DNA of 64,000 nt from contig JAXGRQ010000007.1 in assembly GCA_040765725.1 (NCBI GenBank), positions 8,140 through 72,139 of the forward strand, written 5' to 3'. This stretch comes from Syntrophales bacterium (GTDB taxonomy: Bacteria > Desulfobacterota > Syntrophia > Syntrophales > UBA5619). The notes beneath the pieces are model-generated. The model was given only the letters and a program-made list of their open reading frames with translations, did not search any database and had not been told where the DNA came from. Positions 18,545-27,218 of the stretch are shown here, one piece after another; position 1 is the stretch's first letter; every line of letters begins with the position of its first letter. The translations under genes were made by a program, and so were the position numbers.

Positions 18545-19756
18545 ATGGGCGCAGCGGGGAAAGCCGTTTTCGCGCAGTCGGGCGGACCGACGGCGGTGAT
18601 CAACAGCAGCATATGCGGCGCGATCGAGGAGGCGAGAAAGCACAAGGAAATCGTTGCGATGTATGGTTCGATCCACGGCATTCTCGGGGTGCTCCACGAA
18701 AACATGATCGACCTGAATCGGGAAAGCCCAAGGACCATCTCGCTGCTCCGACGAACGCCGTCGTCGTCACTCGGTTCGAGCCGATACAAGCTCAAGGAGG
18801 AGGACTATGACCGGATCCTGAAGGTTCTCGCCGCGCACGACATCCGCTACTTCTTTATCGCGGGCGGAAACGATTCGATGGATACCGCCAACCGGGTTTT
18901 CAAGATGGCCCGTGAGAAGGGCTACGAACTCTCCGTCATGGGACTGCCGAAAACGGTGGACAATGATCTCCCGATCACCGACCACTGTCCGGGTTATGGC
19001 AGCGTCGCAAGATGGCTCGCCCTTTCGGTGCGGGACGCCGGCCTCGATACCGAGGCGATCTACACGAGCGACACGATCAAGGTCGTCGAGACCATGGGAC
19101 GCAATGCAGGCTGGATCACGGCCGCCACAGCGCTGGCCAGGCAGCAGCCGAACGACGCTCCCCATATCATCCTTCTTCCGGAGATCCCGTTCAACAGGGA
19201 CAAATTCCTCTCCGATGTGGAGCGGATTTACCGCAAACTCGGCTATGCGCTGATCACCTGTTGCGAGGGGTTGAGGGATGAAAACGGCGATTACCTGACC
19301 GCGTCGCAGCGGTCGCTCGATACCGACCGATTCGGACACCGGCAACTCGGCGGGGTCGGAGAGACGCTCTGCGGCATCATCGCGGAGGGTCTGAAGATCA
19401 AGGCGAGGGCGGACAAGCCCGGGACGATTCAGCGGGTTTCCGCGCTGCTCGCCTCTCCGGTCGATGTGGAGGAGGCGTATGCCACCGGCGCGCAGGCGGT
19501 GAAACATGCGGTCGAGGGGAAATCCGGATGGATGGTGACGCTCGAGCGGGAGCCGGGTGCGGAGTATGCGTGCAAAACCGGGATCGTTTCGCTGGAAGAG
19601 GTCGCCAACCGGGAAAAGAAGGTGCCGCGAGAGTTTATCAATGCGGAGGGAACCGGGGTGACCGGCGCGTTTCTGGAGTATGTGACCCCGCTGATCGGCG
19701 GTCCTCTGCCCGAGTATGCGCGATTGGGAAAGCACTTTGTAAAAAAACGGCTGTAA
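18545..19756 (+). CDS. Phosphofructokinase-family kinase with PPi-type signature residues
   Basis: 403 aa. AQSGGPTAVINSS, IAGGNDS (Asp at the E. coli Gly104 position), LPKTVDNDL (Lys at the Gly124 position), ETMGRNAG. Confidence 0.8.
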   Translation: MGAAGKAVFAQSGGPTAVINSSICGAIEEARKHKEIVAMYGSIHGILGVLHENMIDLNRESPRTISLLRRTPSSSLGSSRYKLKEEDYDRILKVLAAHDIRYFFIAGGNDSMDTANRVFKMAREKGYELSVMGLPKTVDNDLPITDHCPGYGSVARWLALSVRDAGLDTEAIYTSDTIKVVETMGRNAGWITAATALARQQPNDAPHIILLPEIPFNRDKFLSDVERIYRKLGYALITCCEGLRDENGDYLTASQRSLDTDRFGHRQLGGVGETLCGIIAEGLKIKARADKPGTIQRVSALLASPVDVEEAYATGAQAVKHAVEGKSGWMVTLEREPGAEYACKTGIVSLEEVANREKKVPREFINAEGTGVTGAFLEYVTPLIGGPLPEYARLGKHFVKKRL

Positions 19757-19758
19757 AA

Positions 19759-19784
19759 AAGCCGGGTTCCCTTCGGCCCCGGTT
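19759..19784 (+). terminator. Weak intrinsic-terminator-like hairpin after the PFK-like gene
   Basis: aagccggg / cccggttt, 8-bp stem (one G-U) with 11-nt loop, directly after stop 19754-19756. Confidence 0.35.
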
Positions 19785-19830
19785 TGTGCTATGTGATTCT
19801 CAAAGATCAGGGCAAACAAAGGAGAATGCC

Positions 19831-21246
19831 ATGGGACGGACCATCATCATGGACGATGATCGACTCTTTTCGAGCGATCCTGTCCGGCGGCAGATCGCCC
19901 ATCGGTTGTACGGCAAGGTCAAGGATCTTCCCATCATCAGCCCCCACGGCCACACCGATCCGCGCTGGTTTGCGGACGATCCCCCCTTTTCCAATCCGAC
20001 CGAGCTGTTCCTGATCCCGGATCACTATATCTTCCGGATGCTTTACAGCCGGGGCGTCCCGATGGAAAAACTGGGCATTCCCCGAGAGGACGGGGGGCCG
20101 GTCGAAACCGATTCCCGGAAAATCTGGCGCCTCTTCGCGGAACATTATCACCTTTTCCGGGGGACCCCGTCCCGGATGTGGCTGGAGCACGTCTTTTATT
20201 TCCTCTTCGGCGTGGATCAGCGCCTCGATCCGGCCAACGCCGACGAGATCTACGACCGGCTGGCGGCGGTGCTTCTGAAGCCGGAGTTCCGGCCCCGGGC
20301 GCTCTTTGACCGTTTCCACATCGAAGCCCTTGCGACGACAGACTCTCCGCTGAGCACCCTCGAACACCACCGGAAGATCGCCTCTTCCGGCTGGAAGGGC
20401 AGGGTGGTTCCCGCTTTCCGGCCCGACCCGGCGGTCGATCCCGACTTCCCGGGCTTTTTGGAAAACATCGCCCTGCTGGGAAAGATCACGGGGGAAGACA
20501 CCTCTGTCTGGGAGGGATACCTCAAGGCGCTGGCGGCGCGGCGGGCCTTTTTCAAGGGGCTGGGCTGCACCTCCACTGACCACGGCCACCCCAGCGCCGT
20601 GACGGCCGACCTCGGAATCTCCTCGTGCCGGACCCTCTTTGCAAAGGCCCTGCAAGGAAAACTCAATGCCAGGGAGGCCGAACTTTTCCGGGGACAGATG
20701 CTGACGGAGATGGTCCGGATGAGTCTCGACGACGGCCTCGTCATCCAGATTCATCCCGGATCCTTCCGGAACCACAACGAGACGATTTTACGGAAATTCG
20801 GCCGCGACAAGGGCGCCGACATCCCCGTGCGAACCGAGTACACCCGGGCCCTCAAGCCCATGCTGGACCGCTTCGGGAACGAGCCCGGCCTGACGGTGGT
20901 CCTCTTCACGCTGGACGAGGCCGCATACAGCCGCGAGCTGGCTCCGCTGGCCGGCCACTACCCGATCCTCCGGCTTGGCCCTCCCTGGTGGTTCTTCGAC
21001 AGCCCCGAGGGGATGATGCGGTTCAGGAGGCGGATCGTGGAGACCGCGGGATTCTACAACACGGTCGGCTTCAACGACGACACGCGTGCCTTCCTCTCCA
21101 TTCCGGCCCGGCACGACATGGCCAGGCGGATCGACTGCGCGTTCCTGGCCGAGTTGGTCGGCCGGCATCAACTGGACGAGGACGAGGCGGCCGATCTGGC
21201 GGTGGATCTGGCGTATCGGCTGGCGAAGGAGGCCTACAAATTCTGA
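19831..21246 (+). CDS. uxaC: Glucuronate (uronate) isomerase
   Basis: ORF 19528..21246; start at MGRTIIMDDDRLF (ATG 19831, GGAGA upstream). LPIISPHGHTDPRWF and the remainder are typical UxaC. Confidence 0.92.
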   Translation: MGRTIIMDDDRLFSSDPVRRQIAHRLYGKVKDLPIISPHGHTDPRWFADDPPFSNPTELFLIPDHYIFRMLYSRGVPMEKLGIPREDGGPVETDSRKIWRLFAEHYHLFRGTPSRMWLEHVFYFLFGVDQRLDPANADEIYDRLAAVLLKPEFRPRALFDRFHIEALATTDSPLSTLEHHRKIASSGWKGRVVPAFRPDPAVDPDFPGFLENIALLGKITGEDTSVWEGYLKALAARRAFFKGLGCTSTDHGHPSAVTADLGISSCRTLFAKALQGKLNAREAELFRGQMLTEMVRMSLDDGLVIQIHPGSFRNHNETILRKFGRDKGADIPVRTEYTRALKPMLDRFGNEPGLTVVLFTLDEAAYSRELAPLAGHYPILRLGPPWWFFDSPEGMMRFRRRIVETAGFYNTVGFNDDTRAFLSIPARHDMARRIDCAFLAELVGRHQLDEDEAADLAVDLAYRLAKEAYKF

Positions 21247-21320
21247 AGGTTTCGGAACAACGGCATGCCGGTCAGCGCCGTTTCATGGCCGGCGGATCAC
21301 GAGTACGACAAGGAGAAGAG

Positions 21321-21653
21321 ATGAAAGTCAGCAAAATCAAAGAGGTCAAACCCGTCGAGATCACGCCGACGCGCACGCGCCGGATCCTCCATACGGACCA
21401 CCTGATGATGGTCGCCTTCGATTTCACGGACGGTCCGGCAACGAATCCCGATCCGCCCCACAGCCACCCCCACGAGCAGGTCACCTATGTCGCCCAGGGG
21501 GAGGTGATGTTTTTCATCGGCGAGGAATCCACCCGGCTTGTTCCCGGGGACATGGTTGCCGTTCCCGCCGATCAGCCGCACCGGATCCAACTGCTGACGC
21601 CGACCGCACGGCTGATCGACACCTTTACGCCGATTCGCCAGGATTTTCTGTAA
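21321..21653 (+). CDS. kdgF: KdgF-type small cupin (unsaturated uronate processing)
   Basis: Last 110 codons of ORF 20625..21653 (ATG 21321 after AGGAGAAGAG). LMMVAFDF, HSHPHEQVTYVAQGE, GD...H, C-terminal LIDTFTPIRQDFL as in KdgF cupins. Uronate context. Confidence 0.75.
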   Translation: MKVSKIKEVKPVEITPTRTRRILHTDHLMMVAFDFTDGPATNPDPPHSHPHEQVTYVAQGEVMFFIGEESTRLVPGDMVAVPADQPHRIQLLTPTARLIDTFTPIRQDFL

Positions 21654-21657
21654 TCAG

Positions 21658-23646
21658 ATGACCGGTCAAAAAGCCATCCTGTCCGTCTCGGGATTTCTGT
21701 TGGCTATGCTCCTGGTCTCGTTGTCCTCGGCCCAGGAGAAAACGGCCGCCTATCCCCCCTTTCCGCCCGGGTATGTTTCCATCCGGGTGTTCGACAACCA
21801 GAACCGGTTTGTCGGGCGGATCTTGCCGCAAAAGAGATACGGGGCCCCCATCGACCGGATCCCCGTCTTTCTGCAGAACGCGCTTGTGGCCGTCGAAGAC
21901 GCCCGGTTTTACGAGCACAAGGGGATCGACATCCGTGGGATTACGCGCGCGTTCGTGAAGGATGTCTCCAAAGGGAAAATTGCCGAAGGCGGCTCGACGA
22001 TCACCCAGCAGCTCATCAAGAACAAATACCTTTCCGGGGAGAAAACGATCGGCCGGAAGGTCAAGGAAGGGCTGCTGGCCCTGGAATACGAACGCAAATA
22101 CAGCAAGAAGCAGATCCTCGAGATGTATTTCAACGAGGTCTATTTCGGAAACGGCGCGTGGGGAATCGTTCAGGCTGCGCGGCTCTACTTCGACAAATAT
22201 CCGCATGAATTGACCGACGCCGAATGCGCGTTGCTGGCCGGCGTCCCCAAGGCCCCCGCCCGTTACAACCCGCTGGGAAAGCCCGAAATCATCCGCGACC
22301 GCAAGAACCTGATCCTCAAACGGATGGCGGCCCTCAAGATGATCACCGCCGCGCAGGAAAAAAAGTTGAGGGTTCAGCGGATTGAAGTCGTCCAACCCCC
22401 AGAGGCCCCGTATTACCTGGCTCACCTCCGCCACAAATTGATCGAACGCTACGGCGAGTCGGTTATCGAACAGGGCGGCCTGGAGGTCACCACGGCCATG
22501 GATCTCGGCCTGCAGCGGCTGGCCGAGCGGGTCCTTCGCGAAGGCGTCCGCAAGATCTCTCCGCAGTTGCAGGGCGCCCTGTTGTGCCTTGACCCCGGGA
22601 CCGGCGATGTGCTGGCGGCCGTCGGCGGAATCGATTTCAAGCTGAATCCATACAACCGCGCCTTTTTTGCCAAGCGACAGCCCGGTTCGGCCATCAAGCC
22701 CCTGATTTATGCGGCGGCCCTGGAGAAGGGGTTTCCGGCCGCCGGCATCTGGAACGACGATCCGGTTTCCTATGCCTGGGGCGAGAATCGATCCTGGAGG
22801 CCGCAGAACTATGCGAGGGAGCGCCACGGGGAGATTTCGCTGAGGCAGGCCCTGGCCTATTCGGACAATATCATCACGGTCAAGCTGCTCGATGCCATCG
22901 GCGTTCCCTACTTCGTTCAGTACGCCGGGACGCTGGGGCTTTCGCTGCGCTCGCCCAACGACCTTTCGCTGGCGCTGGGCACCGACGAGGTCACGCTGAA
23001 CGAACTGATGGCGGCCTACATCCCGCTGGTGAACGGCGGGTCGCGGGCCGAGCCGCGGACGATCATCCGGATTTATGACCGGCCCCAGGATGTCTGGATT
23101 GAAAATCCCCCCGTCGTGACCCCGGTTCTCTCGCCGGCGGTGGGCTTCATCACGACCCAGATGCTCAAGGACGTGCTCGTTTACGGGACGGCCAAATCGC
23201 TTGCCGGCTTCAGTCGGAACCGGCCTGCCGCCGGGAAAACCGGCACGACCGACGACTACCGGGATGCCTGGTTCATCGGCTACACCCCGGACCTCATTAC
23301 GGGCATCTGGATGGGTTACGACAAGCCTAAGTCCCTGGGTAAAAGATTTACCGGGGGCGCCGCCTGCGCGCCCGTGTGGGGACGGTTCATGACGGCGGCC
23401 CTGAAAGACAGGCCCGTTGCCGATTTCCCGCAGCCCGAGGGCGTTGTATCCGTTCTGATCGATCCCGAAACGGGCTATCCGGCGGCCGAGGGCTGTCCGT
23501 CGAAGCGGGAGGAACTTTTTCTCTCCGGGACCGAGCCGGCGGAGATTTGCCCGAAGCACGGGGGCGCCGGTCTCCTGCAGGACTTTGTCGGAACGACCGC
23601 TCCGACGGGTTCGACCGGTCCGGGCGATCCGCCGTTGGGCCGGTGA
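21658..23646 (+). CDS. Class A penicillin-binding protein (PBP1A family; glycosyltransferase + transpeptidase)
   Basis: 662 aa. GT51 motifs EDARFYEHKGID, GGSTITQQL, RKVKE. Transpeptidase SAIKP and KTGTT. Confidence 0.92.
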   Translation: MTGQKAILSVSGFLLAMLLVSLSSAQEKTAAYPPFPPGYVSIRVFDNQNRFVGRILPQKRYGAPIDRIPVFLQNALVAVEDARFYEHKGIDIRGITRAFVKDVSKGKIAEGGSTITQQLIKNKYLSGEKTIGRKVKEGLLALEYERKYSKKQILEMYFNEVYFGNGAWGIVQAARLYFDKYPHELTDAECALLAGVPKAPARYNPLGKPEIIRDRKNLILKRMAALKMITAAQEKKLRVQRIEVVQPPEAPYYLAHLRHKLIERYGESVIEQGGLEVTTAMDLGLQRLAERVLREGVRKISPQLQGALLCLDPGTGDVLAAVGGIDFKLNPYNRAFFAKRQPGSAIKPLIYAAALEKGFPAAGIWNDDPVSYAWGENRSWRPQNYARERHGEISLRQALAYSDNIITVKLLDAIGVPYFVQYAGTLGLSLRSPNDLSLALGTDEVTLNELMAAYIPLVNGGSRAEPRTIIRIYDRPQDVWIENPPVVTPVLSPAVGFITTQMLKDVLVYGTAKSLAGFSRNRPAAGKTGTTDDYRDAWFIGYTPDLITGIWMGYDKPKSLGKRFTGGAACAPVWGRFMTAALKDRPVADFPQPEGVVSVLIDPETGYPAAEGCPSKREELFLSGTEPAEICPKHGGAGLLQDFVGTTAPTGSTGPGDPPLGR

Positions 23647-23719
23647 ACGGCACCCACGCAGTCGGATTTTAACCTGCGGAGAACCGGGATGATTGCGAAA
23701 CGCGGCGTCAGGTGAAACG

Positions 23720-24610
23720 ATGAAACAAAGATCATCGAAAGAAAGATCCATGCCGAAACCCGGTTGGTTGAAGCGGCCGCTGCCGTCCGATCCGGCCTTT
23801 TCCCGGACCCGCTCCCTGCTGGACGACGGTCGTCTGCACACGGTCTGCCGGGAGGCGCGCTGCCCCAACTGCGGCGAATGCTTCTCCCGGGGGACGGCCG
23901 CTTTTCTGATCCTCGGGGATGTCTGCACGCGCCGCTGCCGCTTCTGCGCGGTGACGCAGGGGAAACCGCAATCTCCGGATCCGGACGAACCCCGGCGGGT
24001 CGCCGAGGCGGCTGCCCGGATGTCGCTGGATTATGTCGTGGTGACGTCGGTGACCCGCGACGACCTGGCCGACGGAGGGGCCGGCGCTTTTGCCGAGACG
24101 ATCCGTTCGGTTCGTTCCCGTCGTCCTTCGGCGCGCGTCGAGGTTTTGGTTCCCGATTTCCAAGGTGACGCGGCGGCGCTTCGGACCGTTCTGGAGGCCT
24201 GCCCCGACGTCCTCAACCACAACCTGGAGACCGTTGCGCGCCTCTATCCGGAGGCGAGGCCGCAGGCGATCTATGACCGCTCGCTGGAGCTGCTCCGGCG
24301 AACCGGTTCGCTGGCGCCCGGCATGCCGGTCAAGTCCGGACTGATGCTCGGCCTCGGCGAACAGCCCGAAGAGATCGAATCGACGCTCCGCGATCTGCTG
24401 GAGGCCGGCTGCCGGATCCTCACGATGGGTCAGTATCTCCAGCCGAAAAGGGACTGCCTTCCCGTGGCCCGATTTGTCCCGCCGGAGGAGTTCGATGAAT
24501 GGCGGGAGGTCGCTTTGAAGATGGGGTTTGCTCGGGCGGCCTGCGGCCCGCTGGTCCGAAGCTCCTATCACGCCGAAGAGATTCTCCTGTCGGAACCCTT
24601 GCAGGCATGA
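23720..24610 (+). CDS. lipA: Lipoyl synthase
   Basis: ORF 23693..24610; ATG 23720 after AGGTGA. CPNCGEC and CTRRCRFC radical-SAM/auxiliary clusters. C-terminal GPLVRSSYHAEE. Confidence 0.93.
   Translation: MKQRSSKERSMPKPGWLKRPLPSDPAFSRTRSLLDDGRLHTVCREARCPNCGECFSRGTAAFLILGDVCTRRCRFCAVTQGKPQSPDPDEPRRVAEAAARMSLDYVVVTSVTRDDLADGGAGAFAETIRSVRSRRPSARVEVLVPDFQGDAAALRTVLEACPDVLNHNLETVARLYPEARPQAIYDRSLELLRRTGSLAPGMPVKSGLMLGLGEQPEEIESTLRDLLEAGCRILTMGQYLQPKRDCLPVARFVPPEEFDEWREVALKMGFARAACGPLVRSSYHAEEILLSEPLQA
24533..24580 (+). repeat. Direct repeat copy 1 (inside the lipA 3' end)
   Basis: 48 nt, 43/48 identical (hand-counted) to 30310-30357 in the same orientation. Confidence 0.85.
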
Positions 24611-24613
24611 ATT

Positions 24614-27214
24614 TTATAGAGGCTCATCGCTCTTCTCATGGGAAACCGCATCGGCATCGATTTCCCGATCGACCGCCAGCAGCTTCGCAGGCAATGGATC
24701 CGCCGATCGCTGTCGCTTTGCGAGACCGCAGGAAACCGTAAACAACTGCGCCATCACTTCGTCCACCACTTCTCGAGGGATTCCGTAATAGAGAAAATTG
24801 ATCGGCATGAGTTCGCCCAGCAGGTAGAGGATCTTGTTTTTCGAAGGATCATCCGGGAAGTCCACGGAGGCTTGATATCCCTGCGGAACACCGGTCTGGA
24901 GATCCCGAAACGAAGTTACGGAAACCCGCACCGGGCTTCCGCCGATTTTCGGGTTCTCCTGGTCGCGAAGGGATTGCAGATAATTTTCCAGGTCCGTAAA
25001 CTCCACCGTTTTTGTCGATCCGCTCACAAAAAGGAGGGTTTTCTGATGTCCCCGGAGCAGGATCGCTTCCATATGTCTGTCCAGAAAGACGGACCGTCCA
25101 ATCACGCCGATGACCATATCGATGTCCAGCAGGACATCGGAGCCCAAATCGTCGATGGTCGGCGCCTCCGAAACGGCGTCTCGCTCCGTTTTACCGGGGC
25201 CCGCGGCGATGTCCACACCGAACAGACGGCCGTTCCTGATCCGAAACCGGAGTTCCTCTTTCAGGAATCCTCCGATCGCCCCCTGGGAGCCGAGAATCAA
25301 AATTTTCCGGCGGGAAAAGAGCATCCCCAGGCGGTGAAGAATATTTTCGACGGCATTGAGGATGGATATCGCGCACTCTCTGGCTTCCGGCCCGCGCTTG
25401 ATCTCGGAGACGGCAATGCTCGCCACGGGAAAGTGTAGTTTGCCGAACTCCTGCATGACATCCGCATTGTAATCATAACCGTTTTTCGTATGCTCGATAC
25501 CGCCCAGAAAAATGTTTTCCAGCCAGGTCTTGAAAGGCAACCGATCCTCGCCGGAAGGCGCCTCGACATGAAAATGGCCGAATACATCGCCGACCGTTCG
25601 ATTTTCCAGGCACAATCGATTGAGAAGCGGCGCCAGGTAGCCTCCATCTTCCACCAGCAGAACCTGTTCGCCCCTTTCCCGGGCGAGCACGATTTCCTGT
25701 AAAAAGAGGTGGCCGGCCGCAAGGCGCATCGCCCCGAAGAAATCGAAATCTCCCGCAAAAAGGATCTTTTCGAGCTCTTCCAGCCCGGAGAGCGGAGAAT
25801 ACCGGCGGGAGAATGCATACGTCCCGGTGAATTTTTTTTGCGACTCAAGCCTCTGCAAACCGTAAAATCGAAAAACGTCCGGAGACAGAGACATGAGCGT
25901 CTCCAGATAGGTTTCCGGCACCACACCCGAATACTTGACGAAAAAGGTGGTCAGCGTGTTGCATCCCGCCTCCCGGAAGGCATCGAGCAAACCGATCACT
26001 TCGGAAGTCGCATGATGGATCAAAAAAAGCCTCACCCCTCGCATCGCGTCTCTGCGGGCCTCGACGGCCTGGGACAGAACGGGCATCCGGACAAGATAAT
26101 CCTTCAGGTTTAAAACCGTTCGCCTTTCGTCAAAGCCGATATTCAGACAGGCGCCGAAGCGGGATACATCGAAATAGACATGGTGCGGCTCCGAGATCAG
26201 TTCGACGATATTTCCCCGGGACAGGCAGGCGAGGACCAGGGGATCCTCCAGCAACTGGATCTCCTTGGCCAGCACGTTTGAGAATTCACTCGATGCTTTG
26301 GGCGTCTCCCGCTTTTCCATCAGAATCATCCGGATGTCGTCCGTCGGCCAGGTAAAGTGCAAGGTCTGGAGATGGGGCAATCCTTCCTGTCGCAAATGGC
26401 GGAACAGATCAGGCTGATGATCCGGATTTTCATTATATTCTATGCGGTTGTTCATGCATTCCCGCAGGATTCCCTGGTGAATTTGTTCCGCCACCCGGGT
26501 GACATCGGGGAGGAAAGAGCTCGCGACGTTCTGATCGACGACGCGGTGCGGAATGTGTTTCAACTGGAGACGGGACGAAACGGCATCTTCAAGGGTGATC
26601 CGCAGAAAGCGCCCCGGGTTGCTGTATTCAACCAGGAAATAATGCCCCCCTTCCCCCCCTTCCTTTTCCTTGAGATGAAACGGAAACAAAAGGGCGGGCG
26701 GAGGCTGTTTCGTCCCATCCCGAATGAGTCCGAAGAACTCCGGAAACAGGATTCCTCCCCATTTTTCGGTCTGAAGAGCGCGGAAAACCACCTGCAGGCA
26801 ATTTCCGAAATGACGGTGATAAAAGGGGAGGTTTTCGGCCGCATCGAGTCTCGCGTAGACCATGATCCAGTCCAATCCGACCGCGGCAAAATCCGGGGTC
26901 AGATTCGAGTCCACCTTTCGCCGGACCATCACGTCGGCGACGCCGAGTCCGCATTGTTCGATGATCTCGTCGGCCAAAAGCTGAACGAACGTATGGAGGT
27001 TGCGAAATATGCGGATGCGGGTCAAATCGATCACGAAGCAGCGGTCTCCCCGGCGCACCAGCGGCTCGCCGAGCGTGGTCGGCATCGTTTGCGAGTCGGG
27101 AACGACGGCCGGATCTTCCCGGCCGGCCTCCCGGTCTTGCATCAAGTTCCGGAGCAGGTCTTGAACGTTGCGTTTTCTCAAGGTCGTTCCCTGTTTCGTT
27201 TGTTCTTTCGTCAT
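24614..27214 (-). CDS. 866-aa protein: unassigned N-terminal ~370 aa fused to an S-adenosylhomocysteine-hydrolase-like two-domain NAD-binding fold
   Basis: Long ORF with host-like codon usage. From about residue 373 collinear by eye with SAHH landmarks: MPVL...LFLIHHATSEVIGLLDAFREAGC, LLVEDGGY, GGIEHTKNGYDY, HFPVASIAVSEIKRGPEARECAIS, ILILGSQGAIGG. Confidence 0.55.
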   Translation of the reverse strand: MTKEQTKQGTTLRKRNVQDLLRNLMQDREAGREDPAVVPDSQTMPTTLGEPLVRRGDRCFVIDLTRIRIFRNLHTFVQLLADEIIEQCGLGVADVMVRRKVDSNLTPDFAAVGLDWIMVYARLDAAENLPFYHRHFGNCLQVVFRALQTEKWGGILFPEFFGLIRDGTKQPPPALLFPFHLKEKEGGEGGHYFLVEYSNPGRFLRITLEDAVSSRLQLKHIPHRVVDQNVASSFLPDVTRVAEQIHQGILRECMNNRIEYNENPDHQPDLFRHLRQEGLPHLQTLHFTWPTDDIRMILMEKRETPKASSEFSNVLAKEIQLLEDPLVLACLSRGNIVELISEPHHVYFDVSRFGACLNIGFDERRTVLNLKDYLVRMPVLSQAVEARRDAMRGVRLFLIHHATSEVIGLLDAFREAGCNTLTTFFVKYSGVVPETYLETLMSLSPDVFRFYGLQRLESQKKFTGTYAFSRRYSPLSGLEELEKILFAGDFDFFGAMRLAAGHLFLQEIVLARERGEQVLLVEDGGYLAPLLNRLCLENRTVGDVFGHFHVEAPSGEDRLPFKTWLENIFLGGIEHTKNGYDYNADVMQEFGKLHFPVASIAVSEIKRGPEARECAISILNAVENILHRLGMLFSRRKILILGSQGAIGGFLKEELRFRIRNGRLFGVDIAAGPGKTERDAVSEAPTIDDLGSDVLLDIDMVIGVIGRSVFLDRHMEAILLRGHQKTLLFVSGSTKTVEFTDLENYLQSLRDQENPKIGGSPVRVSVTSFRDLQTGVPQGYQASVDFPDDPSKNKILYLLGELMPINFLYYGIPREVVDEVMAQLFTVSCGLAKRQRSADPLPAKLLAVDREIDADAVSHEKSDEPL

Positions 27215-27218
27215 TCGC

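Noticed and set aside
21625-23928. 767-aa ORF antisense to the PBP1A gene
   Set aside because: Shadow ORF opposite a protein with unmistakable glycosyltransferase/transpeptidase motifs.
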